A stretch of 64,000 bases of DNA, from positions 355,198,001 to 355,262,000 of the forward strand of contig OZ024742.1 in NCBI GenBank assembly GCA_964016885.1, written 5' to 3'. Positions 12,110-26,009 of the stretch are shown piece by piece (the first letter of the stretch is position 1; every line of letters begins with the position of its first letter). Below the pieces are notes generated by a model. It was not told the DNA's origin. It saw nothing but the letters and a program-made list of their open reading frames with translations, and made no database searches. The stretch comes from Eledone cirrhosa (taxonomy: Eukaryota). Made by a program: the position numbers and the translations under genes.

Positions 12110-12570
12110 CATTCCAAAGATGTCATCGTGGCACTCTCTACCTATGAGGCATTATGTAGTCGCCAAACCACTATACAATGCAATCCGTAGAAAATATAGA
12201 CCTGAAAATATAGTACTGGTGGAATGTTCCAGTAAATAAACCCAACACAATAAAATGACGCACAACAGACCATATATGATGAAATGGGACAGGGAAAAGA
12301 AGGCATGCATAGTAGTGGAAGTTATTTGCACATCAGATGCCAATATGATATCAATGGTTATTGAAAAAGAGAATATTTATGAAGAACTAATGCGAAATCT
12401 GCAGATACTTCACACTGACTTTATCTTCAATTTTATACCTGTGATTATTGGGACACTGGGATATGTTAGTAATTGCCTCAATACAAATCTTGAGAAGCTA
12501 GGCTTCACAAGAACAGAAAGAACACAACTAGTTACGAAATTGCAAGTACAATCCATTAATGGAACTGTAA
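12110..12570 (+). pseudogene. R4/Dong-like non-LTR retrotransposon RLE-domain fragment
   Basis: PKMSSWHSLPMRHYVVAK..WWNVP..HNRP..CIVVEVIC..EKENIY..FIPVIIGTLG; flanked by TA repeats. Confidence 0.75.
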
Positions 12571-12855
12571 ATATATATATATACACATAAAAAAGAAAAG
12601 TTCGCTCTACATGGCTGAATACAATAAATGTAATCTGCGTTTTTAGAATATTAATAATAGCATTCAATTTTTTTGCAAACAAGCCTCAATTTAATAGCCG
12701 TGTGAATAGAATGAACATGCCAACATGTGCGCATGACAAGGTAAGAGCAAGAATGAAGTGTTCATTCTACTGACACGGCTATAAAATTGAGGCTTGTTTG
12801 CATAATTGCAAACGAATCGAATGTTATTATTAACGAATGTTATTATATTCAAAAA

Positions 12856-13049
12856 GGGCGGTAGATGGGCAGTATCGGTAGAGGGTCGGACGCCATGCTT
12901 TCCAGCATAGTTACGTCCCTTTACGATCTGAGTTCAAATCCCGCCGAGGTTGACTTTGCCTTTCATCCTTACGGGGTCGATAAAATAAAGTACCAGTAAT
13001 GCACTGGGTAATTGCTGGCCTTGTGCCAGCAATTACCCAGTGCATTACT
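12856..13049 (+). mobile_element. SINE family A (tRNA-derived, Meta-like core) with inverted 3' end
   Basis: A-box-like ggcagtatcggta, B-box gagttcaaatcc, core gcctttcatccttacggggtcgataaaataaagtaccag. Confidence 0.85.
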
Positions 13050-13289
13050 ATGAAGGTGTGATGCTAGAGCTGTGAAATTTAGTATGCATTAATTTCAACT
13101 CGTCTTATTAATTACTGAATTGATTCGTTCCAGGAAATATGTTTAATAATAAACCTGATTTGAATATTCCTTGAAACTGTGTTGGTCAACCTATGAAGGA
13201 CTGATTCTAGATCTGTGAAATGTAGCATTCATTAGTTTCAACTCTTCTTGTTACTAACATTATATTTTATTTCCAGGGACTATATTGAA

Positions 13290-13870
13290 AACAAACCCAA
13301 TATCTGAGGAGAGAAAAGAAAAGATCTTTCGTGTAAACCCAAGGATTCCAAACAATTAATTCTTCTCATAGTATCTCATCCAAAATTATAAAGTGAACAC
13401 TGCCATTGACACAACTTACAGGATCAATGTACAAGATTAACTGCCCTAAATAAACCTGATCAAACTCGATGAACTATAATATACACCTCTTAAAACATAG
13501 TTTCCAATAGTAATGGAATAGACAGGGCAAAGCATAGATATTCAGAAATTAAGGATCCCTACACCCCAAAAATTAACTAAAAACAAATGCAATTGTTTTT
13601 ACCACATGGTTGATCTTATCTATGTAATAGCATGTTGTGGATGGCTGCAAAATTACATCCGACTGACGGGGGTGTCATTACGCAAAATAATGCCCATACA
13701 CAGTTCATACTCCGTGATGAATACACAAGAGAAACTCCATTAAGTAGCTACACTACATGTTCAGGAATGAACCTTACCAACTTTAAAATATTTTCCCTCA
13801 TCAAATGCTCAAATGTATATACAGGACAACAGAGAAAATATTAAAACAGTAACACATGTAATTATTTCCC
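13290..13870 (+). pseudogene. Highly decayed PLE RT C-terminus and GIY-YIG remnant
   Basis: NGIDRAK and LIYVIACCGWLQNYIRLTG resemble the 1329-2207 family. Confidence 0.5.
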
Positions 13871-14699
13871 ATCAGATATTTAACTAATAATCAATAGATT
13901 AGAACAACAGCTACACATAGTTAGGCATACCTGTCTATGGGTGTGTAGAATTACTCATACATAGACACACACACATATATATATGTATCATATGGCTGTG
14001 ACTTGTGCTCTGCTTATATGTATTTGTGAATATGTGTGTAGCAGGAGGTTACGTGTATGGTGAGGAGCGTAAAAATGTGCGTATATTCGGATATACACAT
14101 GTATGTGTATAAATTCATTTTAGTGTACGTATGTGCAATGCCGATTCTGTAGTTTTTCTGGGAATATATGTATGTGCTGGTGTAAATGTGGAAGAGTGTG
14201 TCAACATACTCGGTGGTATGTAAAATTGTATGCATTTGTGTTTATTCAGAATTACTTTTTGTGCGTATATACTTTTTGTGCGTATATTGCTGTCCTCAAT
14301 CAAAGGACGAGGGGTGCAGGTTCTGAGTAAATAACCATCTCCCACATTCACCAAATATATTTTCACATCATTTGATACAAAGAAACGCCAGAAGAGTTTA
14401 TATGTCACCCAACACTAGATTAGTGTTTCTAGATGATATCCTGTTGGCCATATTGGACAAAAACCAACTTCAATGCACTAACACAGCAAATCATTATTTT
14501 CCTTTGTTGAAACGAAGCCTTACGTATTACAATGTTGTTCTGACTTAGCTCCCATGATAAAAAATAAATTCTTGTTCCGTTAATGTGTATCATTCTCTAG
14601 TTCGTTAGCGCTAGCGTCCTTGAACATACACACATACACACATACACGCACACACACACACACGCACACGCACGCACACACACACACACACACACACAG

Positions 14700-14776
<77 letters not shown>

Positions 14777-14897
14777 TAAACAGAAATTGCAACACAATCT
14801 GTAGAGTATATGGAGGGAATATATTAGGTTAACGCCTGAAATATATATATACATACGTATGCACACATATGTATTCACATACAAGAATTTGTATACA

Positions 14898-14964
<67 letters not shown>

Positions 14965-14969
14965 ATTAT

Positions 14970-15003
<34 letters not shown>

Positions 15004-15615
15004 CATATATATATATACATACATATAAACATGCATATATATAAATATATATGTGTATATTGGTTTGCGTGTATGAATCGGAATAAATACTGAGATGCGT
15101 CTTGCGATATTTGTGTGTAGGTATATAAACATATGAATGTCCACATGCTTTTTGATTCGCGTGCATACGTATCAACGTTTCCTATTATAAGCTACCTAAT
15201 TTTTGCCTGAAGTAATTCCGTTAATTTGCTTGGAGATATTCCATAATAATTCAATAGATTCCGTTATTTTTTGCTTTACATTCTTTCTTTAATATATATG
15301 TAATATTGTATTTGCTTTCAGATCGGATAATACATGGTAAATACATTCAAATTTTTGCTAATTCATCATCCAGTTGTAAGAGTGATAATTCTTTCTGACT
15401 TTAAATGCTCATCTGTTTAACTTATGTTATTGCTTGGAGCTCACAGCAGAAAATATTAATACAAGAATAAATAAATAAATAAGAAAAGAAATATTTTCAT
15501 TTTTTGTTTTGTAAACGAAGAAGGAATATTACTGATTCAAATATTGATATATTTATCTGTGTATAAAAGTACAAATATCTATAAGTAAATATATAGTAAT
15601 TATATAAATAAATAA

Positions 15616-15659
<44 letters not shown>

Positions 15660-16145
15660 GTGGGAAAGTAAAAAATCGGAGAATAGACCGTTAAAACATG
15701 TTTATATATGTATATATGTATATATATACATACACACATACATAATATTGTGTGTCTATAGATATACGAATACACACATATATGCACTTACATATATGCA
15801 GATACACACACACACACACATACACACACACATATATATATATATACATATATACAAATATATACATATATAAATACACATATATGCAAATAAAAATACA
15901 CAATTATACGACCATATATCTGTTCCCGCAATTGAGATGGGTATGGTGTGAGAGGGGAGTGGGAGAGAGGAGCGAGAGAGAAAGGGGTAGATAGTAGATG
16001 AAGAAGGAGAAGAGATGGGGAGAGAGGGGGAAGAGAGAAAATTGATATGTTTTATGATGGCTTTATTTGTAAAAGGTAATTTCGCAACAACGTATATATA
16101 TATATATATAACATCAAATCTGAGCGTATATGTGTATGTGTATGT

Positions 16146-16255
<110 letters not shown>

Positions 16256-18206
16256 GGTTATCTGAAGCTGACTCTCCATCTCATACATATTTATGTAATA
16301 TCATACAATTACATTATTGTGGACGTTAAAACAATGTTTTCTTATTTGAGATTCTGCTTTATTTTTTCTCTGTAACAGTACATTAATGCATTTTTATTAA
16401 AAAAAACACATTTGTTACCCAAATATGTTATATTATGAAGGATATTTCCTCTTGTGTAATATCCATAATAATGCGATTTTGCATTATTCCATAAATATGC
16501 ATTAGATGCAGGAAGAGTTATGTATAAACACCCGTCTTAGTAGATGTTGAAAGCCCTTAAGTTGTGTGAAAAACTTCATATTGCTGTTGATAAATAAGAA
16601 AATGCTCTTTTTATTTTGGGACTTGAAGACGATAAAATCAATATTGTTATATTTGTGTGATATTCCATTACAAGGATGATTGCAAGGTCATTTAATGTCA
16701 CAGCCAAAATATAAATTATTGAACCCAATGTGATCATGAAATCACAAATTATTGCAAAAAATATTATATTAAAAGAAATGCAGTACAAGTTAAATATTTA
16801 AGAAACAGGTTGTTCACTATTTTCTCAAAGAGTATATTCAGATTGAAACTACCGACAATTTTCCATGATTGTTTCGTTGTCAACTTAGAAGAGAAACGTA
16901 GGAGATAAGTATTTTAGAGCAGATTGTCACATTATATAATGATACACATTTGGTTGATTGATGAACAATAATGAATGTCACTTGGAATATACTGGAAAGC
17001 CTCTTACAATGGTGAGTCCCATCTGGTGATTGTGAAAACCACAAATCTAACTACACTATAATATAACAGGTTTTGATTTATATCTTTGTTCTAGCATTAC
17101 TGACATATTGTTTAATGAAAATAAAGCCATAACAATTGTTGTAACGTGTATATTAATTCAAGATATTAGCTTCTAGTGAGTAGAAATCATGAGTATAGGC
17201 AATTTCTATTTGAGGAGGCCGTTATGTATATTTTGTCATCCTATTTCTAAGTTGAGATCATTTCTCTTTATGTAGACATCTACTTTTGCAACGTCCATTA
17301 AAACTAAGCGATAATATATATATTTCCTACAAATCGTAGTTCCTGAGCCTAAACATTCCATGAAATTGAATACAATGAAAGCACAAAACAACCACAGGCA
17401 AATAGTTAGTTTAGCGTGTGAAAAGACAGTTGAGGTTAACTATGTCCATATTTCAATTGAAATTATGAATATATATATTTCTAAATATGCTTTTTTCACG
17501 AATGACGAATGGATAATATTACACATACACTTATGCATTTTCCATCACCCATTATGATTGTAAACTATGACTTTGACGGTATTAATAAGGCCGAATGATG
17601 CCCGGATTGCCAGTACGTTTTTTCCAAAATAAATATAATATTACTCACCTGACAAACATTGTATTTCCACCAGGAAGGATTCTAATTAAATGTTTAATGC
17701 ATCCAACATTAAATAAGCTATCAGTATTTTGAATACCGATCATATGTAATTTAACTTAATGCCATATATACCAAAAACTAGGTTATGTAAATATGAATAA
17801 GCAAAGGCTTGGAGACATACGTATTCGATTTTACATAATATTTCAATTCAATTTTAACTGAGATATAACCCAATATTTATAGTGTATTTATGCGTGTGGG
17901 TATCTAACTTAACTATACAACTAAGATTTTTTAAATTTCAGTTCACTTAGTAAGTATATATATATATATTTGTATGGTATTCAGAGTTATATATTTACAA
18001 TTAATTCAAAATATAATTTTCAAAATATAATTTGGAACTGTCATGTGATCAAGGTCGTCCGCATTTCATAGGAGCACTAAGTAATAGCTCCATAGCTTCC
18101 GAGGCTGTTTAAAGAATATTAGCCAAGAAAAATTATAATATTCTTCAAGCTGTATTTATTGTTGTTCTTATTTCCATAAGTTTCTTTCGAACAATATTTA
18201 TCTAAG

Positions 18207-18392
18207 CATGGTGTATTGGCAGTACCGATAGAGGGTCGTACGCCATGCCTGGCAGCACAGTTACGTCCCTTTACGCACTGAGTTCAAATCCCGCCGAGGC
18301 TAACTTTGCCGTTCATCCTTAGGGGGTCGTTAAAATAAAGTACCAGTAATGTACTGGGATAATTGCTGGCCTTGTGCCAAAATTAGAAACAT
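18207..18392 (+). mobile_element. SINE family A
   Basis: Full-length match to the other copies. Confidence 0.85.
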
Positions 18393-19369
18393 ATTTGTTT
18401 AAGCTGGGTTTTAAAATCATTAATTCCATTTATCCATGACAAATTATTTTCATTAAAGACGAAGATAAAACTACTATCACAAAACCCATTGATTCCTAGT
18501 CAATGCAAATAATTACAAATAATTACAAACACAATTTTCTGAAAATAAAATAATATAAACCGATGATCAAATTCTCCATAGATTCGACAAATGTCAGCAA
18601 CGATTTACAACAATCATGTACTACACATTCTGTGCATTACGCTATTAAATGTTATTAGTGTCATTTAAAGCAAAACAAAAGAATCATAAATGTAACAAAT
18701 CCTCTGGAAAACTGAGATAATATATTTAAACAAGAGAATCCATATTTGTATTTGATTTGATAAATATATATTTCACTCATTCGGATTCTATTTGAAATAT
18801 GCTTATATGATAATTATATTTCATAACTCTATATAACAGTTTGTCTCAAATCCGCTTTGAAATGAAATTCTTTGCATAGTCTTATCATTTTAAAACATAG
18901 AATATATATTATTATAATATTTTTGTTACACGTGTCTTGAACATTATCTTATATTGAATTCTTAATAGTTCTTCAGGATTTCATTGACGATGATTCACGG
19001 AGACATAATACCTTTAAAATATATCAAAACGATGAGACCTCACACTTGAGGTACACCACTCTCACATTATTGCCCCTGGTAAACGTTTTCGAATATGTTT
19101 AGTCTATTACATCACAGGGATATTTGCCTAATGAAGAGTTAAATATGACTAAAATACTCTTCACAGTTATTATGCTCTTCTACATACATGCATGTGTTAC
19201 ACTACCTCTAACATCAAATATAGAAGGAAAAGATTATACACTTATAGAAACGCTTCTCATATTTCCAAGGATTTAAATTCCATTACGTGGCGTTCATAAT
19301 TGCTCCTGCGATTTAAAAACATCAATTTTGTTACAATTGCGTAAATAACATTATTTATGTGGAAGGGGT

Positions 19370-19640
19370 AAAAAAGGGCAGATATCGCTGTATGGTAAAG
19401 TAGAGGAAAGGAATATAAAAGTCATAAATGAGAGGAAAAGTATGCGGAAAAGCAAAAACCCGAGGACCAGAGATGAAAAAGGAGCCGGAACAGGAGAACA
19501 GATGTGTTCTGGGCCTAGGGTGGAGAAGTGGTCGACTCTGCCCAGTGGATAATGGAGAGCCACACCCACTGCAACATCCACTCCATCTCGCACGACACCT
19601 TCCTCGGAGGGGATGCTGACGTTCCGATCTTGCAGAGTAG
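19370..19640 (-). mobile_element. Probable LINE 3' end fragment
   Basis: GC-rich island ending in a pyrimidine-rich tail; RKVSCEMEWMLQWVWLSII resembles RKA*ERDWLLQWGSLGIL at ~35085-35140. Confidence 0.35.
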
Positions 19641-20699
19641 CTGAACGTTTAAGGAAGTCAATTGTTTGTACAGAAACACAGTCTTTTGATATAGAAATAA
19701 GTGTAAGGCTAAAGTAATGTGTGCACACTTTTATTGTATTTACTATACAACTGTATTTTATATATCACCGTACAGGATAATACGCTCAAATAAAAATATA
19801 TCTTAACAAATATAACATAGATTTCTGTTCACAATAATGGGATTTGATTATTCATTACCACAGAAGTTTTGCTTATTTTTCTTTTTATATTTGAGAAAGA
19901 CTATCTTCTGTTATTTATATCATAGTACTCGAGGTAGATTAGTGGCATTCGTCGATGATAGTGAGTTGTTATATAATCATTCAAATCGCTTAGATTTAGT
20001 TTCGATTTCAAGTTATGTAGATAAATCTGTAATGTCACAATAACTTTATATTTTCTCTGGAGATACTCTCCATAATTCACTCTTAGTTTTCATCAAATGT
20101 ATCATTATAATCCATAATATTTGATATTTCTTTGAGAAGTCGTCATGTTATCAAAGAAACTCTATAGCGTCATCACCATTTAAAAGACCATTTCCCAATC
20201 TAACTAAAAGATTTGTGCGATTAAAAATATCGTTAGGCCACATAATTTTATTTGTTGCATTTTTAAAAACTAAAATTCAAATTATCGTTAACACTTCTCG
20301 TCCTACAGTTATAATTATGAACAAATATATTCAGTAACATCGGCAGAATATCATAAAAGAAATCCCAAAACAAAATTGTTCAATTCAATTTAATGTTCAA
20401 TTCAATTTAATGCCATGACATTGATATATTCAAAAGAATACAAACAATCAAAATTGTACAATTTATGTAAAGGCGAAATTTTCGAACAATTAAATCGAAA
20501 GTTTAAATCAATCGAATAAATTTGACCCCGCTTAACCAATACTTAACCGCTTAACCGATTTGACCAATACTCGTCCAATCGGATTAAGGAAACAATTTTC
20601 ACATTATTCCATCCATTAATGATACTATCTACCAGTCGCTACTACTGGCAGAATAAATCCTAATACTACTTACATAAGTAGTTCAAGTGTAATTTTAAT

Positions 20700-21830
20700 T
20701 GAATGTCATCCACAAACCTTCGGACCGGCGTCAGTGTGGTAAATATTTCGGATGAAAGAGGGAGAAACCAGATATTAGTAAAAAGTCAATAAATTTAAAA
20801 TCAGTAGTTATACTTTATAAGAGAATTACACAAATGTGTTTGACGTTTCGGAAAGCAATATTACAAAGATAAATTAAAAGACAAACAACACATATTTAAG
20901 TGTAAGAGGAAAGGTGTGCTTTGATGAAAGCTTCACGTTGTTGATGTAATGGATATATAACACAAATACATTATCAGGTACGAGAGAAGGGCGGTGTTGG
21001 GTGTGGAAAATTAGGTACTAACAAAATATATAGCATTGTGTATGATGCGATTTTTATGTACCTGTGTTATGCGTATAATTGAAAGTGTGGACTTGTGTGA
21101 TGACTACATTTTGAACGCTTTCTGTGTGTATGTATTAAGTCTTATGATATTGTGCACATATGGGTCTGTGTGTGCTGTGCGTTGTTTGCAGAGGTGGTGA
21201 TAGAAAATAGGATATACCGTGGTCGAAGTCAACCTAAATATATGAGATACAATACACTGGAATATTGTGTGTTGAAGCAATGCATGCAACTAATTACGCC
21301 ACATAAACCGCTGTTCTCGGCACGTGTCTGCACCAATACACAATACAATGGTTCACATTCAGAATCTGCTAAGTATGGATGTAAATTAACGTTTTAATGT
21401 GATGGGAAGAAAACAGTCTTCAATACATGTAGCATCCACAATTTTCAGATATGTTGCGACCTTGATAATGAATGAACACCATAAGTGACCATCGCTATTT
21501 ATTTTGGTTTCAAACCTTTAACAAAAGAATATTTGTTTCCAGTTTCTGTATATTATTAATGCCCATTATCATTAAACTTATAATTTGAAATATTTACTTT
21601 TGTAATTATTTCGACAATTTCCGAGACGACCTGAAATTTGTGACCCGTTAATATCTATGGATGTATACCATTGATGATATCAGTTCGTGTAGTTTAATTA
21701 GATTGTGTTGAGAGTTATTGAGGATGTGGGAGTTAGAAAATGATAGTTGTGTATTGAAAAGATGCTTGGAGTAGCTTGGTCGTGTAGGAATTCCGAATTA
21801 TTTTCAATACATGAAGCATGTCGCTTGTGA
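20700..21830 (-). mobile_element. Possible very old PLE remnant
   Basis: GAAACGTC hammerhead-like remnant near 20845 and weak RT C-terminal resemblance near 21780; heavily decayed. Confidence 0.25.
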
Positions 21831-21995
21831 ATCGAAATAACATATAATAATCTAAATTATATGTGAATATTTATTAATTTATTATGCATTATAATGACTT
21901 GTATTTCACATAAAACTCACATATAATTATTATTATTATTGTTATTATTATTATTATTATTATTAGTATTATCATGTGTGTATATATATACATAC

Positions 21996-22082
<87 letters not shown>

Positions 22083-22090
<8 letters not shown>

Positions 22091-24688
22091 GACAGGGGGG
22101 AAGAAAAAATGGCTTCACTTGTGCTTTCAACAAATTTATTTTCTTCACAAAATCCCAAAAGAATTTTTCTTAAAAAAAATTATTTTATAAATTAAGTTGT
22201 TGGTTGTTGGTTAGGTCTTAGGAGTTCTTGGTTAACGTAGGAGGTATTGTTTCGATTTTAGAAAGACCTTTCACGCTGAGGTGCGCTTGTCAAACTGATG
22301 TGTATGTGGTGTGTTGTTCTATATATAGGGATTTAACATGTCTGTGGTGTGGTGGGGGTTTCTTTTCTCCCCCTTTAATAAGTGCATGGGTGTAGGTGTG
22401 TTGAAAAAGTGTTCATAGCAGTAATGAGTTGAGACGGTGAGTAGGGTTGGGTGGGGAGAAATGTAGCAAATGCGGCCTGCCCCGGTCATTCTCGAAAGAT
22501 TCCTTTATTCAGGGGAAAAAGCTTTTAGTGTTGCTTTTGTGTTGAGAATGGTCACAGGCAAATCGCACCTGTCAAGTTTGTGAATAATTATTTAACACAA
22601 ATGCAACATCCCTACAGACCAACTACTAGTAGTGAACAAGCTACAAAGAGATTCCTCAATAATAATAAAAGAAGCGGACAAAGGTGGAGCAATCGTCATC
22701 ATGGACACAAACCACTACAAAGATATGGTCCTAGCACACTTGAATGACGAAAACTTCTACAGGAAAATCACTAAAAACGAAGAAAGGAAATCGAGGAACC
22801 AAATAGGCAAACTAACAATAACGTACCAAAACAACCTAACACCAAAAGAAGTAGATTACCTAACCAACTTCGAAATGAAAACCAGCAATTTCTATGGATG
22901 ACCAAAAATTCAAAAATCCATAGAAAACCAAAACAACATAAAAGGGAAAAATACATCATACATCGAAGCACCAATACCGACAGCCTTAAAATTACGCCCC
23001 ATTATTGCTGGCCCAGCCTCAAGCACACAACGTCTAAGCAACCTATTAGACATCATACTCAAACCCCTATGTAAAAATGTTCCAAGCTACATCAGAGATG
23101 ATATGGAATTCCTTAACTATATCCCCCAAAAAGTACACCAGGATACAATCCTAGTCAGTTTGATGTAATAAGCCTGTACACTAACATCCCACACGACCTA
23201 GGGATTGAAGCTGTGCACTTCTGGATTACAAAACACTCAAGTCACATTTCAGAAAGATTCCCCAAAGAATTCATCTTGGAAGGACTTAAATTAGTATTGG
23301 AAAACAACCTCTTCCTCTTTGACAACGAACTTTATCTGCAAATAAAAGGAACAGCCATGGGTACCAAAGTGGCCCCTACATATGCAACGCTCGTTATGGG
23401 TCACTTAGAGGCAAAATTATATTCCCATCTACAGATAACATTCAGTCACGACTTCGCCTTCTACATTAATAAAAACTGGAAACGTTACCTAGATGACTGT
23501 TTCATCTTCTGGAACAGAAGCCAAACAGACCTACAAAAATTCTATTCGATCCTCAACAGGCTTCATGAAGCTATACACTTCACTATGGAATGTAACGAAA
23601 AGGAACTGCCCTTTCTAGCTATCGTCATCATTAAAGAAGGGGAAAATATCATAACGGACCTATTTTGCAAACCCACTGACACACACCAATACTTACATTT
23701 CCGGTCAGCACACCCCTCACATACGAAAAGGAACATTCCCTTCAACATGGCAAGGCGCATCTGCACTATAGCAACACACCCCGTACTACAAGAAAAAAGA
23801 TTATGTGACCTGAAAAAATTCCTTAAAAAACAAGTATACCCGATGAAACTCATCAACGCAGCCATCTCCAAGGCTAAGAACATCCCAATAACAACATTGA
23901 GAAAACCAAACCCACAACATAAAAAAGAAAACCCTGCTATCTCTTTTGTCATCACTCACAACCCAGGGAACATCAACATAGTGAAAACTGCTAAGCAGTA
24001 TCTCCCGATTCTACAGCAATCTACCAAAATGAATGCACTCTTAAAAAACACAGATAATTTATAGCTGACGCCATGCACCCAATCTTAAAAAAACTAATTA
24101 CCAAGGCAAAATTTACGACCAACATGGAATCAATGCAAGTGACGAAATGCGGGGACCCCAGATGTGGAACCTGTGAACTCATTGAAGAGGGCAAACAGTT
24201 GTCCTTCAAAACCCATGATAATTTCAAGGTCAATGCTAACATGAACTGCAAAACGAAAAACGTAATATATTGCGCAACATGTCCACAGTGTAAAGAGTAT
24301 TACATTGGGGAAACCGGAACGAGATTACATGATAGAGTCCGGGTACATAAACAACAAATTAAAGACCTCACAGTCAGAAATACCACATGTAGCGCACCCT
24401 TTGCATCATGCGGGAAGGGAACATTCACAATCTTCCCTTTCTTCAAGATATGGTCGGATAACGAACATTTCTGCAGATATAAAGAAGAATTCTTCATTGA
24501 AAAATTTAAACCACTACTGAACACGAAAAAATGAATTAACACTCGGAGGTAAAATTCCATTTCACTACCCCCCCCCCCCTCTTCTTATGTATACACATGT
24601 ATATCTGAGTAAACGGTGAGGCACACACATATATGTGTGTAGGGATGTATGGATGCATGTACGTGTGGGTATATATGTATGTGGGTGT

Positions 24689-24747
<59 letters not shown>

Positions 24748-24769
24748 TATGGATGTGTGTATGTTTGTA

Positions 24770-24826
<57 letters not shown>

Positions 24827-24891
24827 GTATGTGTATATGTACATGTATGTGTATGTTTGTGTGTATATATGTGTGTGTATATATATATATT

Positions 24892-24928
<37 letters not shown>

Positions 24929-25143
24929 GGATAGATATGTATGTTTATGTGTGTGTGTGTGTATGTGTATGTACCTATATATATGTGTGTGTGTGTATAT
25001 ATATTTATATGTGTATATATATTTATATGTGTGTGTGTATATGTATTTATATGTGTATATATATTTATATGAGTATATATATTTATATGTGTATATATAT
25101 TTATATGAGTGTGTGTATATGTGTGTGTATGTGTATATGTATG

Positions 25144-25174
<31 letters not shown>

Positions 25175-25985
25175 AAATATATATATATATACCCATGTGG
25201 ATGTATGAGTACATATTCGTGTGTGTACGTATGTGTATGTGTGTTTTTATATGTGTTTCTATATGTTTTTGTGTATGTATGTGGATGTATTTGTACATGG
25301 GTGTGTGTTTGATGGTGTGTGCCTATATATTCCTACATATGCCCGTGTGTGTATGTACGTGTATGCGCACATATGTGTGTGTTGAACAAAGGACTAACTT
25401 TGGGATGGACGTAGAAAAATTCTTCAGGAAAAAAAGAAAAAAATAATTATTCACAAACTTGACAGGTGCGATTTGCCTGTGACCATTCTCAACACAAAAG
25501 CAACACTAAAAGCTTTTTCCCCTGAATAAAGGAATATTTCGAGAATGACCGGGGCAGGCCGCACTTGCTACATTTCTCCCCACCCAACCCTACTCACCGT
25601 CTCAACTCATTACTGCTATGAACACTTTTTCAACACACCTACACCCATGAACTTATTAAAGGGGGAGAAAAGAAACACCCACCACACCACAGACATGTTA
25701 AATCCCTATATATAGAACAACACACCACATACACATCAGTTTGACAAGCGCACCTCAGCGTGAAAGGTCTTTCTAAAAACGAAACAATACCTCCTACGTT
25801 AACCAAGAACTCCTAAGACCTAACCAACAACCAACAGCTTAATTTATAAAATAATTTTTTTTAAGAAAAATTCTTTTTGGATTTTGTGAAGAAAATAAAT
25901 TTGTTGAAAGCACAAGTGAAGTCATTTTTTCTTCCCCCCTGTCATAATATACCTAACTGTACCAAGGATTACACACTTTTTCCAA
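22083..25985 (+). mobile_element. Neptune-like PLE foldback insertion: arms 22083-22593 and 25441-25951, tail 25952-25985
   Basis: ~510 bp inverted repeat enclosing RT and GIY-YIG ORF pieces and a microsatellite-rich 3' UTR; (TA)n on both sides. Confidence 0.93.
22594..24534 (+). pseudogene. PLE RT, Cys linker and GIY-YIG, 5'-truncated with stops and frameshifts
   Basis: IIKEADKGGAIVIMD, LRPIIAG, GTAMGTKVAPTYA, WKRYLDDCF, KPTDTHQYL, KCGDPRCGTC, NVIYCATCPQCKEYYIGETG, PLLN. Confidence 0.95.
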
Positions 25986-26009
25986 TATATATATATATAT
26001 ATATATATT

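Noticed and set aside
12856-12945. tRNA genes at SINE heads
   Set aside because: A/B-box-like motifs only, no cloverleaf, and always attached to the SINE core.
17649-17682. Strong minus-strand donor cag|gtgagt with a 33-bp micro-exon
   Set aside because: Weak acceptor and no supporting neighbouring exons.
19351-19728. 125-aa ORF with a hydrophobic C-terminus as a membrane protein exon
   Set aside because: The hydrophobicity comes from a pyrimidine-rich tail; better explained as a LINE 3' end.
22083-25951. Long inverted repeats as DNA-transposon TIRs or DIRS-type ITRs
   Set aside because: The interiors encode PLE RT and GIY-YIG, not a transposase or tyrosine recombinase, and arm length varies between copies of one family.
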